Shown here: piece by piece, positions 1 to 9,747 of the stretch
Layout of the letters: each line of letters starts with the position of its first letter
How positions within the stretch are numbered: the stretch's first letter is position 1
DNA from: Larkinella insperata
GTDB taxonomy: Bacteria; Bacteroidota; Bacteroidia; Cytophagales; Spirosomataceae
Length of the DNA: 64,000 nt
Direction: 5' to 3'
NCBI RefSeq assembly: GCF_026248825.1
Contig: NZ_CP110973.1
Location: forward strand, 2,111,668-2,175,667
Notes under the pieces: model-generated
Told to the model about the DNA's origin: nothing
Seen by the model: the letters and a program-made list of their open reading frames with translations, nothing else
Database searches by the model: none
Position numbers and translations under genes: made by a program

Positions 1-795
1 GTTGGCGATCTGAAATACAGCCTGAATGCCAACCTGACGACGGTACAGAACGAAGTCACCAACCTCGGTAATGGCGGTATTCCCATCATCGGCGGTAGCC
101 TCGGTAACGGCCGGACGGCTACGCTGACGGATGTAGGTCGGCCTATTGGGGCCTTCTACGGCTATCGCATGGTTGGCGTTTTCCAGACGGCGGATGAAGT
201 GCGGGGCAGTGCACAACCCGGCGCGCAGCCCGGTGACCTGCGGTATGAAGACGTTAACAGCGACGGGGTCATCAATGGCGACGACCGCGTTTACCTGGGA
301 ACGCCCATCCCAAAAATGTTCTGGGGCTTTAATACCAACTTTTCTTTCAAAGGCTTCGATCTGGGAATCGACTTTCAGGGATCACACGGGAACAAGATCT
401 ACAACGGTCGGCGGGCCGTGCGTTTCGGAAACGAAAACTACGAGCGGATCGCCCTGGAACGCTGGACCCCGCAAAACCCGTCGAATACGCAGCCACGCTT
501 GACCAACGGCGGCCAGAACTATGAGGTGTCGGATTACTTCATCGAGAGCGGCTCTTTCGTACGGATTCGGAACATTCAGATTGGTTACACCCTGCCGTCG
601 ACGCTGCTGAGTTCGATCGGTATCCGTTCCGTCCGGGCGTACGTCAATGCATTGAACCCGGTTACGTTCACCAATTATTCCGGATTCTCGCCGGAAGTGG
701 GCGGCAACGAAGGCAGCACTTTGAGCCGGGGTGTTGATCTGGACGTGGTACCGGTTTACCGGACAACGACCGTTGGATTACAAATTGGCTTCTAA
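1..795 (+). CDS. SusC/RagA-family TonB-dependent outer-membrane receptor, C-terminal fragment (5' end outside the window)
   Basis: Frame 1 is open from nt 1 to the stop at 795. The translation reads VGDLKYSLNANLTTVQNEV...RPIGAFYGYRMVGVFQ...FIESGSFVRIRNIQIGYTLP...LQIGF, which is a typical SusC C-terminal beta-barrel sequence ending in an aromatic residue. A SusD gene starts 20 nt downstream. Confidence 0.8.
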   Translation, partial: VGDLKYSLNANLTTVQNEVTNLGNGGIPIIGGSLGNGRTATLTDVGRPIGAFYGYRMVGVFQTADEVRGSAQPGAQPGDLRYEDVNSDGVINGDDRVYLGTPIPKMFWGFNTNFSFKGFDLGIDFQGSHGNKIYNGRRAVRFGNENYERIALERWTPQNPSNTQPRLTNGGQNYEVSDYFIESGSFVRIRNIQIGYTLPSTLLSSIGIRSVRAYVNALNPVTFTNYSGFSPEVGGNEGSTLSRGVDLDVVPVYRTTTVGLQIGF

Positions 796-814
796 ATTTT
801 AATAGGCAACAACC

Positions 815-2293
815 ATGATTTCCATATCAAAACAGTTTTTAAGAATTGCCTTGGCGAGTTCCCTGCTGTTGGTAGGGCAGGGCTGTAGTGAAGAGTTTCT
901 GGAGAAAAGGCCGCAGGGTGAACTGGTCACTGACGACTTTTTCAACAGCCAGGAAGGGGCCGTTCAGGCTACCAACGCCATCTATTGGCAGCTTCGCCAG
1001 TGGCCAACGCACGTGTTTGCGTTCCTGGCCGTGTCGAGTATGACCTCCGACGATGCTGAGAAAGGCAGCGAACCGGGCGATGCGGTTTTCCTGAGCGAAT
1101 TTGATATGTTCACCCTAACGTCGACCAACGGCGGGGTAAACGATTTTTGGAGCGGGCAATACCTCGGCATTGCGAAAGCTAACCAGGTAATTGAGCGGGT
1201 TCCGGCCATTGCAATGGACGAAACCCTGAAGGCGCGTCTGATCGGTGAAGCGAAGATGATTCGGGCGTACCTGTATTTTAACCTCGTCCGGACATTCGGT
1301 GGTGTTCCCCTGATTACGCAGCTTCAGGGTGATGACGCCCCGGCGGTGCCGCGGTCAACCAGCGCGGAGATTTACGCTCAAATCGAAAAAGATCTGAACG
1401 ACGCCATTGCCGCACTGCCGGAGAAATCCGCTTACGCAGCGACGGATCTGGGCCGGGCCACCAAAGGAGCCGCCAAAGGCTGGCTGGCAAAGGTATCTAT
1501 GTACCAGGGCAAATGGAGCGAAGTACTGCGGCTAACCAACGAAATCATGCAGTCGGGCCAGTACGACCTGAAAACGCCCTACAACGTGATCTTTACCGAA
1601 GCTGGCGAAAACTCATCAGAGTCGTTGTTTGAAGTACAGGCTGCCGCCCTGCCGCAGGGGGGCGGTGGATCGCAGTACGCCGAGGTGCAGAGTGTACGCG
1701 GCCAATTCGGCTGGGGCTTCAACGTGCCGTCTGAAGATCTGGTGAAAGCCTACGAACCCGGCGATCCGCGCAAAGACGCGACCATTATCGAGCGGGGCGA
1801 AACCATGCCCGACGGGGTGGTTATCATCTCGAACGCGGTCAACCCGTATTACAACCAGAAAGCGTATGTAGCTCAGAACGAGACGAGATCACCCAACGGT
1901 TTGGGGGATGCCAACAAAAACATCCGCTTGTTACGCTATGCCGACATCGTGCTGATGAACGCCGAAGCCGCCAACGAGCTGAACCAGTCGCAGCAGGCCG
2001 TTACTTCGCTCAACTCCGTTCGGGCGCGGGCGCGGGGCAACAACACCGGCATTCTGCCCAATGTAACTTTCACCAGCAAAGAACAACTCAGAGCGGCCAT
2101 CTGGAAAGAACGCCGGGTGGAGCTGGCGATGGAGCACGACCGTTTCTGGGATCTGGTTCGGCAGGGCCGGGCGGATACGGTATTGCGGGCACTGGGTAAA
2201 CAGTTTGTAAAAGGGAAAAGCGAACTGATGCCGATTCCGCAGCCGCAGATTGATGCCAGCGGGGGCGTTCTGACCCAAAACCCAGGCTATTAA
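815..2293 (+). CDS. SusD/RagB-family nutrient-binding outer-membrane lipoprotein
   Basis: 492 aa. Signal peptide with lipobox (LLLVGQGCSEEF). SusD-like TPR-rich N-terminal half and a conserved C-terminal segment (WKERRVELAMEHDRFWDLVR). Lies directly after the SusC gene. Confidence 0.8.
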   Translation: MISISKQFLRIALASSLLLVGQGCSEEFLEKRPQGELVTDDFFNSQEGAVQATNAIYWQLRQWPTHVFAFLAVSSMTSDDAEKGSEPGDAVFLSEFDMFTLTSTNGGVNDFWSGQYLGIAKANQVIERVPAIAMDETLKARLIGEAKMIRAYLYFNLVRTFGGVPLITQLQGDDAPAVPRSTSAEIYAQIEKDLNDAIAALPEKSAYAATDLGRATKGAAKGWLAKVSMYQGKWSEVLRLTNEIMQSGQYDLKTPYNVIFTEAGENSSESLFEVQAAALPQGGGGSQYAEVQSVRGQFGWGFNVPSEDLVKAYEPGDPRKDATIIERGETMPDGVVIISNAVNPYYNQKAYVAQNETRSPNGLGDANKNIRLLRYADIVLMNAEAANELNQSQQAVTSLNSVRARARGNNTGILPNVTFTSKEQLRAAIWKERRVELAMEHDRFWDLVRQGRADTVLRALGKQFVKGKSELMPIPQPQIDASGGVLTQNPGY

Positions 2294-2376
2294 GTAACAC
2301 TTATTTTGCATAAACCAAGTGCCGAAGAGGCTATAGCGATTTGTTTATAGCCTCTTTTCTTTTAAACAGCAACCGA

Positions 2377-3981
2377 ATGAAACACATAAAAATAGTTTTC
2401 CTCTTTTTACCGGCTTTAATCAGCCAACTGGCCTGCCGGGCGCAATCGACTCCCCCGGCAACGGGCGTTGCCAACGAATACAGCGAATACATGGAAACCG
2501 TCCAGAAAGCCACGTTTGGCTATTTCTGGGACTTTGCTCATCCGGTCTCCGGGCTGGCTCCCGAACGAACGGCCACGCCCAACGTAGTGACAACGGGCGG
2601 AACGGGGTTTGGCATCATGGCCATCGTCGTTGGGGCCGACCGCCGGTGGGTAAGCCGCGCCGAAGCCGTTCAGCGGTTGCAGAAGATGGTCGGTTTTCTG
2701 GAAAAAGCTGATCGGTTTCACGGCGTATGGCCGCACTGGCTGGATGGCAACTCAGGGAAAGTCATTCCGTTTTCGCAGTACGACAACGGGGGCGATCTGG
2801 TCGAGACGGCTTTTCTGGTCAACGGTTTGCTGAGCGCCCGGGCATATTTTGACAGGGCAGCCGGGGCCGAAAAAGACCTGCGCCAACGAATCGATAAACT
2901 CTGGCGTGAAGTGGAATGGGACTGGTACGTCCGCGACGGCAAACTGCTCTGGCACTGGTCGCCGAATCACGAATGGAAAATGAACCACCCGCTGCGGGGC
3001 CACGACGAAACCCTGATCACGTATGTGCTGGCGCTGGGATCACCGACGCACGCCATCAAACCGGAAGTTTATCAGAATACCTACAAGCAGAGTGACCATT
3101 ACGTCAACAACCAGACTTACTTTGGTTACAAGCTTCCGCTGGGTTTTCCGATGGGTGGGCCGTTGTTCTTCACGCATTATTCGTTTCTAAGCCTTGACCC
3201 GCGGCTGATGCAGGATGAGCAGACAAACTACTGGCAGCAGAACATGAACCACACGCTCATCAACCGGGCGCACTGCCTGCAACCCCGCCAGGCTATGTTT
3301 GGCTACGGTCCGGGCAATTGGGGCCTGACCGCCAGCGACGACTATAATTTCTATGACGCCCACTCACCCACGAACGACAACGGTACCATCAGCCCAACGG
3401 CGGCCTTATCGTCTTTTCCGTATACGCCCTATTATTCAATGCAGGTGTTGCGAAATCTCTACCTGCGGGAGGGCAACCGCCTGTTTGGATCCTACGGTTT
3501 TTACGACGCCTACAACAAAGGGTTAAACTGGTACTCGAATCAGTACCTGGCGATTGACCAGGGGCCAATTGTGGTGATGATGGAAAACTACCGCTCCGGC
3601 CTGATCTGGAAACTGGGCGAGAAAACGCCCGAGTTGTGGACGGGTTTAACCAAAATGGGCATCAAAAAACCGGCGTATCCGACGGGTTTTTACTCCTACG
3701 CGCCCGACTTCCGCACCGGCTACATCGATCTCTGGAAACACCCTGATCGTGGAGCGTACGTACTGGATTTCGCGGTAAAAGGCGCTCAGCCCGTAACACT
3801 GACGGTGCGGGACGAGACCGGTCGGGAGGTGCAAAAATTAATCCATAACAAGACCTACCCCGAAGGAACGCACCAGTTGACGGCCCAGCTTCCGGACGGA
3901 AAGTACGAATTTGAATGGGCGCAGGGTGAGGCAAAGCAGCGTGTTAAGATTTCACTTCATCAAGGGGTAGATAATCAGTGA
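2377..3981 (+). CDS. Secreted glucoamylase-family protein; candidate GH144-like endo-beta-1,2-glucanase with an extra C-terminal beta-sandwich domain
   Basis: The ORF is open from 2341; the likely start is ATG 2377 (MKHIKIVFLFLPALISQLACRAQ, a signal peptide). Aromatic-rich (alpha/alpha)6-like core (WHWSPNHEWKMNHPLRGHDETLITYVLALGSPTHAI). Sits SusC-SusD-X-GH3 as in described beta-1,2-glucan loci. The family assignment is from memory of that family, not from a search. Confidence 0.45.
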   Translation: MKHIKIVFLFLPALISQLACRAQSTPPATGVANEYSEYMETVQKATFGYFWDFAHPVSGLAPERTATPNVVTTGGTGFGIMAIVVGADRRWVSRAEAVQRLQKMVGFLEKADRFHGVWPHWLDGNSGKVIPFSQYDNGGDLVETAFLVNGLLSARAYFDRAAGAEKDLRQRIDKLWREVEWDWYVRDGKLLWHWSPNHEWKMNHPLRGHDETLITYVLALGSPTHAIKPEVYQNTYKQSDHYVNNQTYFGYKLPLGFPMGGPLFFTHYSFLSLDPRLMQDEQTNYWQQNMNHTLINRAHCLQPRQAMFGYGPGNWGLTASDDYNFYDAHSPTNDNGTISPTAALSSFPYTPYYSMQVLRNLYLREGNRLFGSYGFYDAYNKGLNWYSNQYLAIDQGPIVVMMENYRSGLIWKLGEKTPELWTGLTKMGIKKPAYPTGFYSYAPDFRTGYIDLWKHPDRGAYVLDFAVKGAQPVTLTVRDETGREVQKLIHNKTYPEGTHQLTAQLPDGKYEFEWAQGEAKQRVKISLHQGVDNQ

Positions 3982-3983
3982 GT

Positions 3984-6272
3984 ATGAAAAAAATAATCAT
4001 CCTGTATGGTCTGGCGATTGGCTCCGTACTGGCTCAGCCAACGCCCCGGTCCAACCCGGCGGCCATGAACCTCTTCATCGACCGTTTGCTGAAGCAAATG
4101 ACGGTGGAGGAGAAAGTGGGGCAATTGACCCTGTTTACGAGTGACATGGACGTGACCGGCCCGACGTTGCGCTCTACATATAAAGAGGACATTCAGAAAG
4201 GCCGTTGCGGGGCCATCTTTAACGCCTATTCGCCCCCGTATGTACGGCAGTTGCAGGATCTGGCCGTAAAACAATCGCGCCTGAAAATACCGTTGCTCTT
4301 TGGCTACGACGTGATTCACGGACACCGCACCATTTTTCCGATTCCGCTGGGCGAAGCCTGCACCTGGGACATGGGATTGATGGAAAAAACGGCCCGTGCC
4401 GCTGCGGTTGAAGCCAGCGCCGACGGTCTGCACTGGACGTACTCGCCGATGGTCGATATTGCCCGCGATCCGCGCTGGGGCCGGGTAGCCGAAGGCGTAG
4501 GGGAGGATACTTGGTTTGGAGAGCAGGTGGCCCGGGCGAAAGTGCGCGGGTATCAGGGTGATTTGACGAAGCCCGATCAGGTACTGGCGTCCGTGAAACA
4601 CTTCGCACTATACGGGGCAATTCAGGCCGGACGTGATTACAATACCGTTGACATGAGCCACCGGGAAATGTTTCAGACTTATTTGCCGCCCTACAAAGCC
4701 GCCGTTGACGCGGGAGCCGCCACGGTGATGACGTCGTTTAACGAGGTGGACGGGATTCCGGCAACGGCCAACCGCTGGCTGATGACCGATCTGCTCCGGA
4801 AGCAGTGGGGCTTCAAAGGGTTTGTGGTAACGGATTACACGGCCATCAACGAAATGATTCAGCACGGGGTGGGTGCCAATGAGTATGAGGTGGGCGCGCT
4901 GGCCCTGCGGGCGGGCGTCGACATGGACATGCAGGGCGACGTATACCGGACTCAGTTACCGAAATTGCTGGCCGATAAAAAAATTACCATGCAGGAGCTG
5001 GATGCCGCAACCCGGCGGGTGCTCGAAGCCAAGTATCGCTTGGGGTTGTTTCAGGACCCGTATAAATACATCAGCGAGGAGCGGGCGCAACGCGAAATTA
5101 TGAGCGCCGACAAGCTGGAACTGGCGCGTGAGGTGGCCCGCAAGTCCATCGTTCTTCTTAAAAATGAAGCCGTAGCCGGAAATCCGGTGTTGCCGCTGAA
5201 GAAAAGCGGAACGATTGCTCTCATTGGCCCGCTGGCTGATAACAAACGCGACATGATCGGTAACTGGAGCGCAGCCGGTGACTGGCAGAAAGCCGTTAGT
5301 CTGCGCGAAGGATTACAAACCAAACTGGGCAACAGCGCAACGATTCTTTACGCCAAGGGGGCCAACCTGATTGATGATAAAGAACTGGTAACGAAGCTGA
5401 ATAACAACGGAGGAAACATCTCGACCGACGAAAAAACGCCCGAACAACTCATTGCCGAAGCCGTGGCCACGGCGCAGAAAGCCGATGTGGTGGTGATGGC
5501 AATCGGCGAATCGCAGGGCATGACCGGTGAAGCCGCCAGCCGCTCCGAAATTGGGATTCCGGAGAATCAGCGCAAACTGCTGGAAGCCATTCTGGCAACG
5601 AAAAAACCAGTGGCGGTAGTGCTCATGAATGGCCGTCCACTGACCCTGGAATGGGAGCATCAGCACGTTCCGGCGTTGCTGGAAACCTGGTTTCTGGGCA
5701 CGCAGGCCGGTCACGCCATTGCCGATGTGCTGGTGGGCGACTACAACCCGGCGGGCAAACTGACGATGACCTTCCCGCGCCGGGTGGGCCAGATTCCGGT
5801 TTATTACAATGCCAAAAACACGGGGCGCCCCATTGATCCGAACAACAAGTATACGTCCAAGTACCTCGATGTACCGAATACCCCTTTGTACCCATTCGGC
5901 TACGGGCTAAGTTACACGAACTTTTCTTACAGTGACATTACGTTAAACAACCCGACGTTGACAGCAACGGGTAAGCTGGAGGTTAGCGTCACCGTCAAAA
6001 ATACGGGCCAATACGCGGGCGAAGAGGTTGTGCAGCTTTACATCCGCGACCTGGTGGGCAGCGTAACCCGGCCGTTGAAGGAGCTGAAAGGTTTCCAGAA
6101 GATTTCCCTGAAACCGGGCGAGAGCCGAAATGTGACCTTCACTTTGAAAGAAGCCGATCTGCGGTTTTACGATGCTGCCATGAAATGGACATCCGAGCCG
6201 GGCGATTTTACGGTATTTGTCGGGACCAATTCGCAGGAAGTGAAAGAAGCGCGTTTCAAACTCGTCCGTTAA
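3984..6272 (+). CDS. bglX: Glycoside hydrolase family 3 beta-glucosidase (BglX-like), periplasmic
   Basis: About 762 aa. Signal peptide. GH3 N-terminal (alpha/beta)8 motifs (KHFALYG, GFVVTDY), the C-terminal alpha/beta sandwich, and an FnIII-like tail. The start may be GTG 3978 or ATG 3984; either overlaps the upstream stop by only a few nt, suggesting translational coupling. Confidence 0.85.
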   Translation: MKKIIILYGLAIGSVLAQPTPRSNPAAMNLFIDRLLKQMTVEEKVGQLTLFTSDMDVTGPTLRSTYKEDIQKGRCGAIFNAYSPPYVRQLQDLAVKQSRLKIPLLFGYDVIHGHRTIFPIPLGEACTWDMGLMEKTARAAAVEASADGLHWTYSPMVDIARDPRWGRVAEGVGEDTWFGEQVARAKVRGYQGDLTKPDQVLASVKHFALYGAIQAGRDYNTVDMSHREMFQTYLPPYKAAVDAGAATVMTSFNEVDGIPATANRWLMTDLLRKQWGFKGFVVTDYTAINEMIQHGVGANEYEVGALALRAGVDMDMQGDVYRTQLPKLLADKKITMQELDAATRRVLEAKYRLGLFQDPYKYISEERAQREIMSADKLELAREVARKSIVLLKNEAVAGNPVLPLKKSGTIALIGPLADNKRDMIGNWSAAGDWQKAVSLREGLQTKLGNSATILYAKGANLIDDKELVTKLNNNGGNISTDEKTPEQLIAEAVATAQKADVVVMAIGESQGMTGEAASRSEIGIPENQRKLLEAILATKKPVAVVLMNGRPLTLEWEHQHVPALLETWFLGTQAGHAIADVLVGDYNPAGKLTMTFPRRVGQIPVYYNAKNTGRPIDPNNKYTSKYLDVPNTPLYPFGYGLSYTNFSYSDITLNNPTLTATGKLEVSVTVKNTGQYAGEEVVQLYIRDLVGSVTRPLKELKGFQKISLKPGESRNVTFTLKEADLRFYDAAMKWTSEPGDFTVFVGTNSQEVKEARFKLVR

Positions 6273-6308
6273 GAGAATACAGAAACCGATTTTGTTGACA
6301 ATGAATCA

Positions 6309-6345
6309 AATCATCAGCCCACAGTTTGCGCCGTGGGCTGATGAT
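6309..6345. terminator. Bidirectional stem-loop between the convergent GH3 and DUF5989 genes
   Basis: 13-bp inverted repeat atcatcagcccac / gtgggctgatgat with a 10-nt loop. It lies between the GH3 stop (6272) and the minus-strand stop at 6346. Confidence 0.5.
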
Positions 6346-6495
6346 TTAGAAAAGCGAATAGATAAATGGCGCGAGGGCTGAGCCGGTTGTCATGACGGTC
6401 AATGCGCTCAGCAGCAATAGCAGAATCAGCAGCGGGTAGAGCCAATACCGTTTGCGGGTCCGCATAAAGAGCCAGAACTCGTGTATAAATTCCAT
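6346..6495 (-). CDS. Small membrane protein, DUF5989-like (49 aa); not in the supplied ORF track
   Basis: Reverse-strand ATG at 6495 and TAA at 6346-6348. Translation: MEFIHEFWLFMRTRKRYWLYPLLILLLLLSALTVMTTGSALAPFIYSLF. This matches the conserved MEF..EFW...RKR.WL.P....LLL.....T.GSA.APFIY..F pattern of DUF5989 proteins. It starts 5 nt after the upstream SGNH gene stop. Confidence 0.55.
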   Translation of the reverse strand: MEFIHEFWLFMRTRKRYWLYPLLILLLLLSALTVMTTGSALAPFIYSLF

Positions 6496-6499
6496 CGGG

Positions 6500-8404
6500 T
6501 TACGGTTTAAGGGTTTGAAGCTGGGCTTTCAATTGCAACGCTACCGGATTGCGGGGATCCAGCCGGAGCGATTTGGCGACGTATTTGGCGGCCCCGGCCG
6601 TATTCGCAAATTTCAGGTAACCAGCCGCTAGCTTATTGCTCAGGGCCACGTTTGTGGTGTCGGTCAGGTAGCGGTTTTTGGCCGAAACCAATTGTTCTAC
6701 AAAGGTTTGGAGTTCATTCAGGCTGAACCGGGTTTCGTTGTGAGCGGCTGCGTAACGGAGGTACGGTAGGGCTTCGTCCGGTCGGTCGAGTTTCAGCAGC
6801 GTAATAAACAGGTTCTGCGCCACCCCAAACGTTTCCTCCAACTGGAACGCCTTCTTCAGTAACCAGACCGCCCGCTCCGGCTGATTCAGGCTGAGGGCCA
6901 GTTTCCCGGCCTGCCCGTAAAAAGCCGGATCATGCGGGTACTCCAGCATCAGCGCTTCGGTCACGCGCAAGGCCGCCTGCGGGTTCTGCGTTTTCTGGTA
7001 ATGGGCCAGCAGTTGCTGCATGGCGTCAGGCCACGAAAGTTGCTTCACCACCAGCGCACCGGCCAATTGTTCTTCAGCGGTTTTGGGCCGTTTTTCTTCC
7101 GGCGGCATCGGCTCGTTAAACGGCCAGCCCTCCTTCAAAATGAGCATTTCAAACGCGCCCTTGAGCGAATCCAGCGGTGTAATCGGCATTTGCTGGCGTA
7201 GCTGGGCCAATGAAAGACCATCTTTCCACTCGGCGGCAATCAGTCGCTTCTTTTTCAGGGCTTCGTAAAACGCATCGGAAAGCAGCGCGTACCCATACAG
7301 GTTCGGATGAACGTGTTCCAGCAGAGTTTCCCGGCCCAGAATACCGTTTGGCGATTGCCGCTCGAAAACCGATTTGGTATCTACAACGGTAATGTCCGGA
7401 TACCGGTTTGCCAGCTCCCGAATTACCTGATTCATGGCTTCCGGGGCCCGAAACCGCAGCAAATCCAGTTCCTTGGCCTGCCTAAATCGTTGTTTTGCTT
7501 CAGCGAAGCGGTCGTTGGCATACGCCCGGGTAGCCTCTTCGAACTGGTGCTGAGCCGATACCGTGGTATTGCCCGGTGCACTGACAAACGGTTTTAAATC
7601 TTTCTCGTTGCTGACCAGGTTGCTAATAAAAACCGGAATATGCTTTTCCGAAAATAACCGGCAAAGATCGTTCAGGTTGGTTTCAAACTGCGCAATGCCT
7701 TGCCGATACGTATCCGACCCGTAAGCAATCTGCTGATCGGCAGCCATGCGTTTCATCAGGTTTTCGCGCAAATCCACCTTGCCGCCCGATACAGTTTTAC
7801 GAATACCGCTCAGCGTTTGGTTCAGCAACTGCATGATCCGCAACTCGCGTAGCCTCAGCACCAGCCGCACCAGCGCCGGATGACCGCCCAGCGAACTGGT
7901 AGACCCTACGCCCATAGCGCCGTAATACTCATTATGCCCCGTGTAAACGAGAACGGCATCCGGCTCATAGTCGGGCAGTTGCTGGGCAAAACCAAAAACC
8001 GTGTAGGAGTTAACCGCCGTCAGCGACAGGTTAATGACCTCAAGATTCCGGTCCGGAAAGGTGTGCATCAGCCGGTAGTGCAGCCAGCGGTGGAACGAGC
8101 CGTTGTGGAAATACGGGTAGCCAATCGTTGTCGATTCGCCCAGCACAAAAATGCGGAACGTGCCCTCGGCTTTGCGTTGTCGGAACGGTTCAAAATTGCC
8201 GACGGTGGCGTTATCGGTTTCGGTAAAATACCGTTCCGACGCATGCGGATTCATGATCCAGTACCCCTTGCGTTGCGGGTCCTCGATAAACAGGCGGTAG
8301 TCGTGACCATATCCAGCCAGCCGAAGCAACCCTTCAACCAACAGCAGCAGCAACAGGGGCGAAAGGGCCGCAAGTCCTTTAAACAGCCACAACCGTTTTT
8401 TCAT
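6500..8404 (-). CDS. SGNH/GDSL-like hydrolase with C-terminal TPR repeats
   Basis: 634 aa. N-terminal TM/signal. A GESTT block (FVLGESTTIGYPY) and a later catalytic-like region. The C-terminal ~200 aa are TPR-like (YGQAGKLALSLNQPERAVWLLKKAFQLEE...). Confidence 0.6.
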   Translation of the reverse strand: MKKRLWLFKGLAALSPLLLLLLVEGLLRLAGYGHDYRLFIEDPQRKGYWIMNPHASERYFTETDNATVGNFEPFRQRKAEGTFRIFVLGESTTIGYPYFHNGSFHRWLHYRLMHTFPDRNLEVINLSLTAVNSYTVFGFAQQLPDYEPDAVLVYTGHNEYYGAMGVGSTSSLGGHPALVRLVLRLRELRIMQLLNQTLSGIRKTVSGGKVDLRENLMKRMAADQQIAYGSDTYRQGIAQFETNLNDLCRLFSEKHIPVFISNLVSNEKDLKPFVSAPGNTTVSAQHQFEEATRAYANDRFAEAKQRFRQAKELDLLRFRAPEAMNQVIRELANRYPDITVVDTKSVFERQSPNGILGRETLLEHVHPNLYGYALLSDAFYEALKKKRLIAAEWKDGLSLAQLRQQMPITPLDSLKGAFEMLILKEGWPFNEPMPPEEKRPKTAEEQLAGALVVKQLSWPDAMQQLLAHYQKTQNPQAALRVTEALMLEYPHDPAFYGQAGKLALSLNQPERAVWLLKKAFQLEETFGVAQNLFITLLKLDRPDEALPYLRYAAAHNETRFSLNELQTFVEQLVSAKNRYLTDTTNVALSNKLAAGYLKFANTAGAAKYVAKSLRLDPRNPVALQLKAQLQTLKP

Positions 8405-8416
8405 GGCTAAAACCGT

Positions 8417-9658
8417 TTATCGTTTGGCCGTCAGGTGGTACTGACCAACTTCTTTTCCGTCGTCCAGCAGCATGAGCAGGTGCAAGTCTTTCCGGTCCGC
8501 TTTCAGTTTGATCAGCGTCCGGGTACCGTCTTTCGACCCTCCGCCGATGATGATCGGGTAGTTGTGCTGGCCCGCCACCGGTTCGTGAACGTCGTATTTA
8601 TGCGTGTGGCCGCTAATGCACAAATCGACCTTATGCTTGTTGAACAGGGGCGTAAAAAGTTGCTGGCAATGCATGGGGCCGTGCCAATTGTTGTGGTGAT
8701 GGGTCGGGATGTGCATAAAAACCACCCGGAATTTCGCTTTCCGAAAGGCGGCACTCTGCATAACCTGATCCGCCCAGCGGGACTGTTCCTGCCGATAGGC
8801 GTCAAAATCAACGATGCCCGCGTAGACGGGTTCGCTGTCTGGCTTATCCTCGCCGGTGTCGATTACGGTGAAATGTACCGGTCCCCAGGTGTAGCTGTAA
8901 TACGGTTTGCCTTGCGGATTGGTAAAATACTGGTGGATTTCACCCCGGTATTTGCCGCGCGTTTCGTGGTTGCCCCGAACAAACAGAAACGGTTTTTCCT
9001 GCGCAAAACCGGCTGAACACGGTTTCAGAAGGTGGTCAATCAGTTGCTGCTCATCGGTCTGGTAATCGAAAAGATCACCGTTCAGAAAAACAAAATCGAA
9101 CGGATCGCTTCCCTTCAAACTCAGCAGGTGCGTGATGGTGTCGGGCCGGTCGTGAACGTCGTTCAGCACCAGGCAGCTTACGGTATCGGCCTGTTCATTC
9201 GGGGTCGTAAAGCGGAGCAGACCGCTTTCGATCGTGTTGCCGTAGGTAAGTTTATACGGTTTGAACTCGGTAATTTCTTTGGAAAAAACGCGGTACTGGT
9301 AGGTCGTGCCGGGTTTCAGACCGGTGAGGGTGATTTTATTGATCCGGTTGTAGGCGTCAACCAACCCGTCGGTAACGCTGTGCGCCTTCTGGCCGAGCGA
9401 TTCGCTCTCACCGTATTCAACCCAACTGTAGGAGGGCAGGTTAGCCACCCACATAACCGTCATGGAGCCCGGACCGACGTATTGCAGATACGGTTCGCTC
9501 AGAAAAACGTGTCCTTTGGCCGGGTCGGGCGAACGCAACGACGGATTTTGGGCCAACACCGATGCGGGCAAGACGCTACCCAGCGCCCCCGTTGCGCCAA
9601 GGCCAGCCGCCGATTTGAGAAACGACCGTCGATTGGCGGATTGTTTGGGATTGTTCAT
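8417..9658 (-). CDS. Tat-exported metallophosphoesterase (purple acid phosphatase-like, calcineurin-like phosphoesterase)
   Basis: 413 aa. Twin-arginine signal (SANRRSFLKSAAGLGATGALG). PAP N-terminal Fn3-like domain (GTTYQYRV). Metallophosphatase motifs GDLFD, GNHE, GHTH. Confidence 0.7.
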   Translation of the reverse strand: MNNPKQSANRRSFLKSAAGLGATGALGSVLPASVLAQNPSLRSPDPAKGHVFLSEPYLQYVGPGSMTVMWVANLPSYSWVEYGESESLGQKAHSVTDGLVDAYNRINKITLTGLKPGTTYQYRVFSKEITEFKPYKLTYGNTIESGLLRFTTPNEQADTVSCLVLNDVHDRPDTITHLLSLKGSDPFDFVFLNGDLFDYQTDEQQLIDHLLKPCSAGFAQEKPFLFVRGNHETRGKYRGEIHQYFTNPQGKPYYSYTWGPVHFTVIDTGEDKPDSEPVYAGIVDFDAYRQEQSRWADQVMQSAAFRKAKFRVVFMHIPTHHHNNWHGPMHCQQLFTPLFNKHKVDLCISGHTHKYDVHEPVAGQHNYPIIIGGGSKDGTRTLIKLKADRKDLHLLMLLDDGKEVGQYHLTAKR

Positions 9659-9747
9659 GAGGTAAAAAATGTGGCAGTGGTCTATCGGAAAACGTTTCCG
9701 AATCCGATCAAAATTCGGAAACGTTTTCGGAGCCAGATTGGTCTTTT

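Noticed and set aside
3975-4601. Track ORFs 3975-4601 (-), 4219-4620 (-), 5313-5714 (-) and similar, inside the GH3 gene
   Set aside because: These are antisense or overlapping shadow frames of a well-supported GH3 CDS. Their translations are Arg/Pro/Gly-rich with no domain signatures, as is typical of high-GC shadow ORFs.
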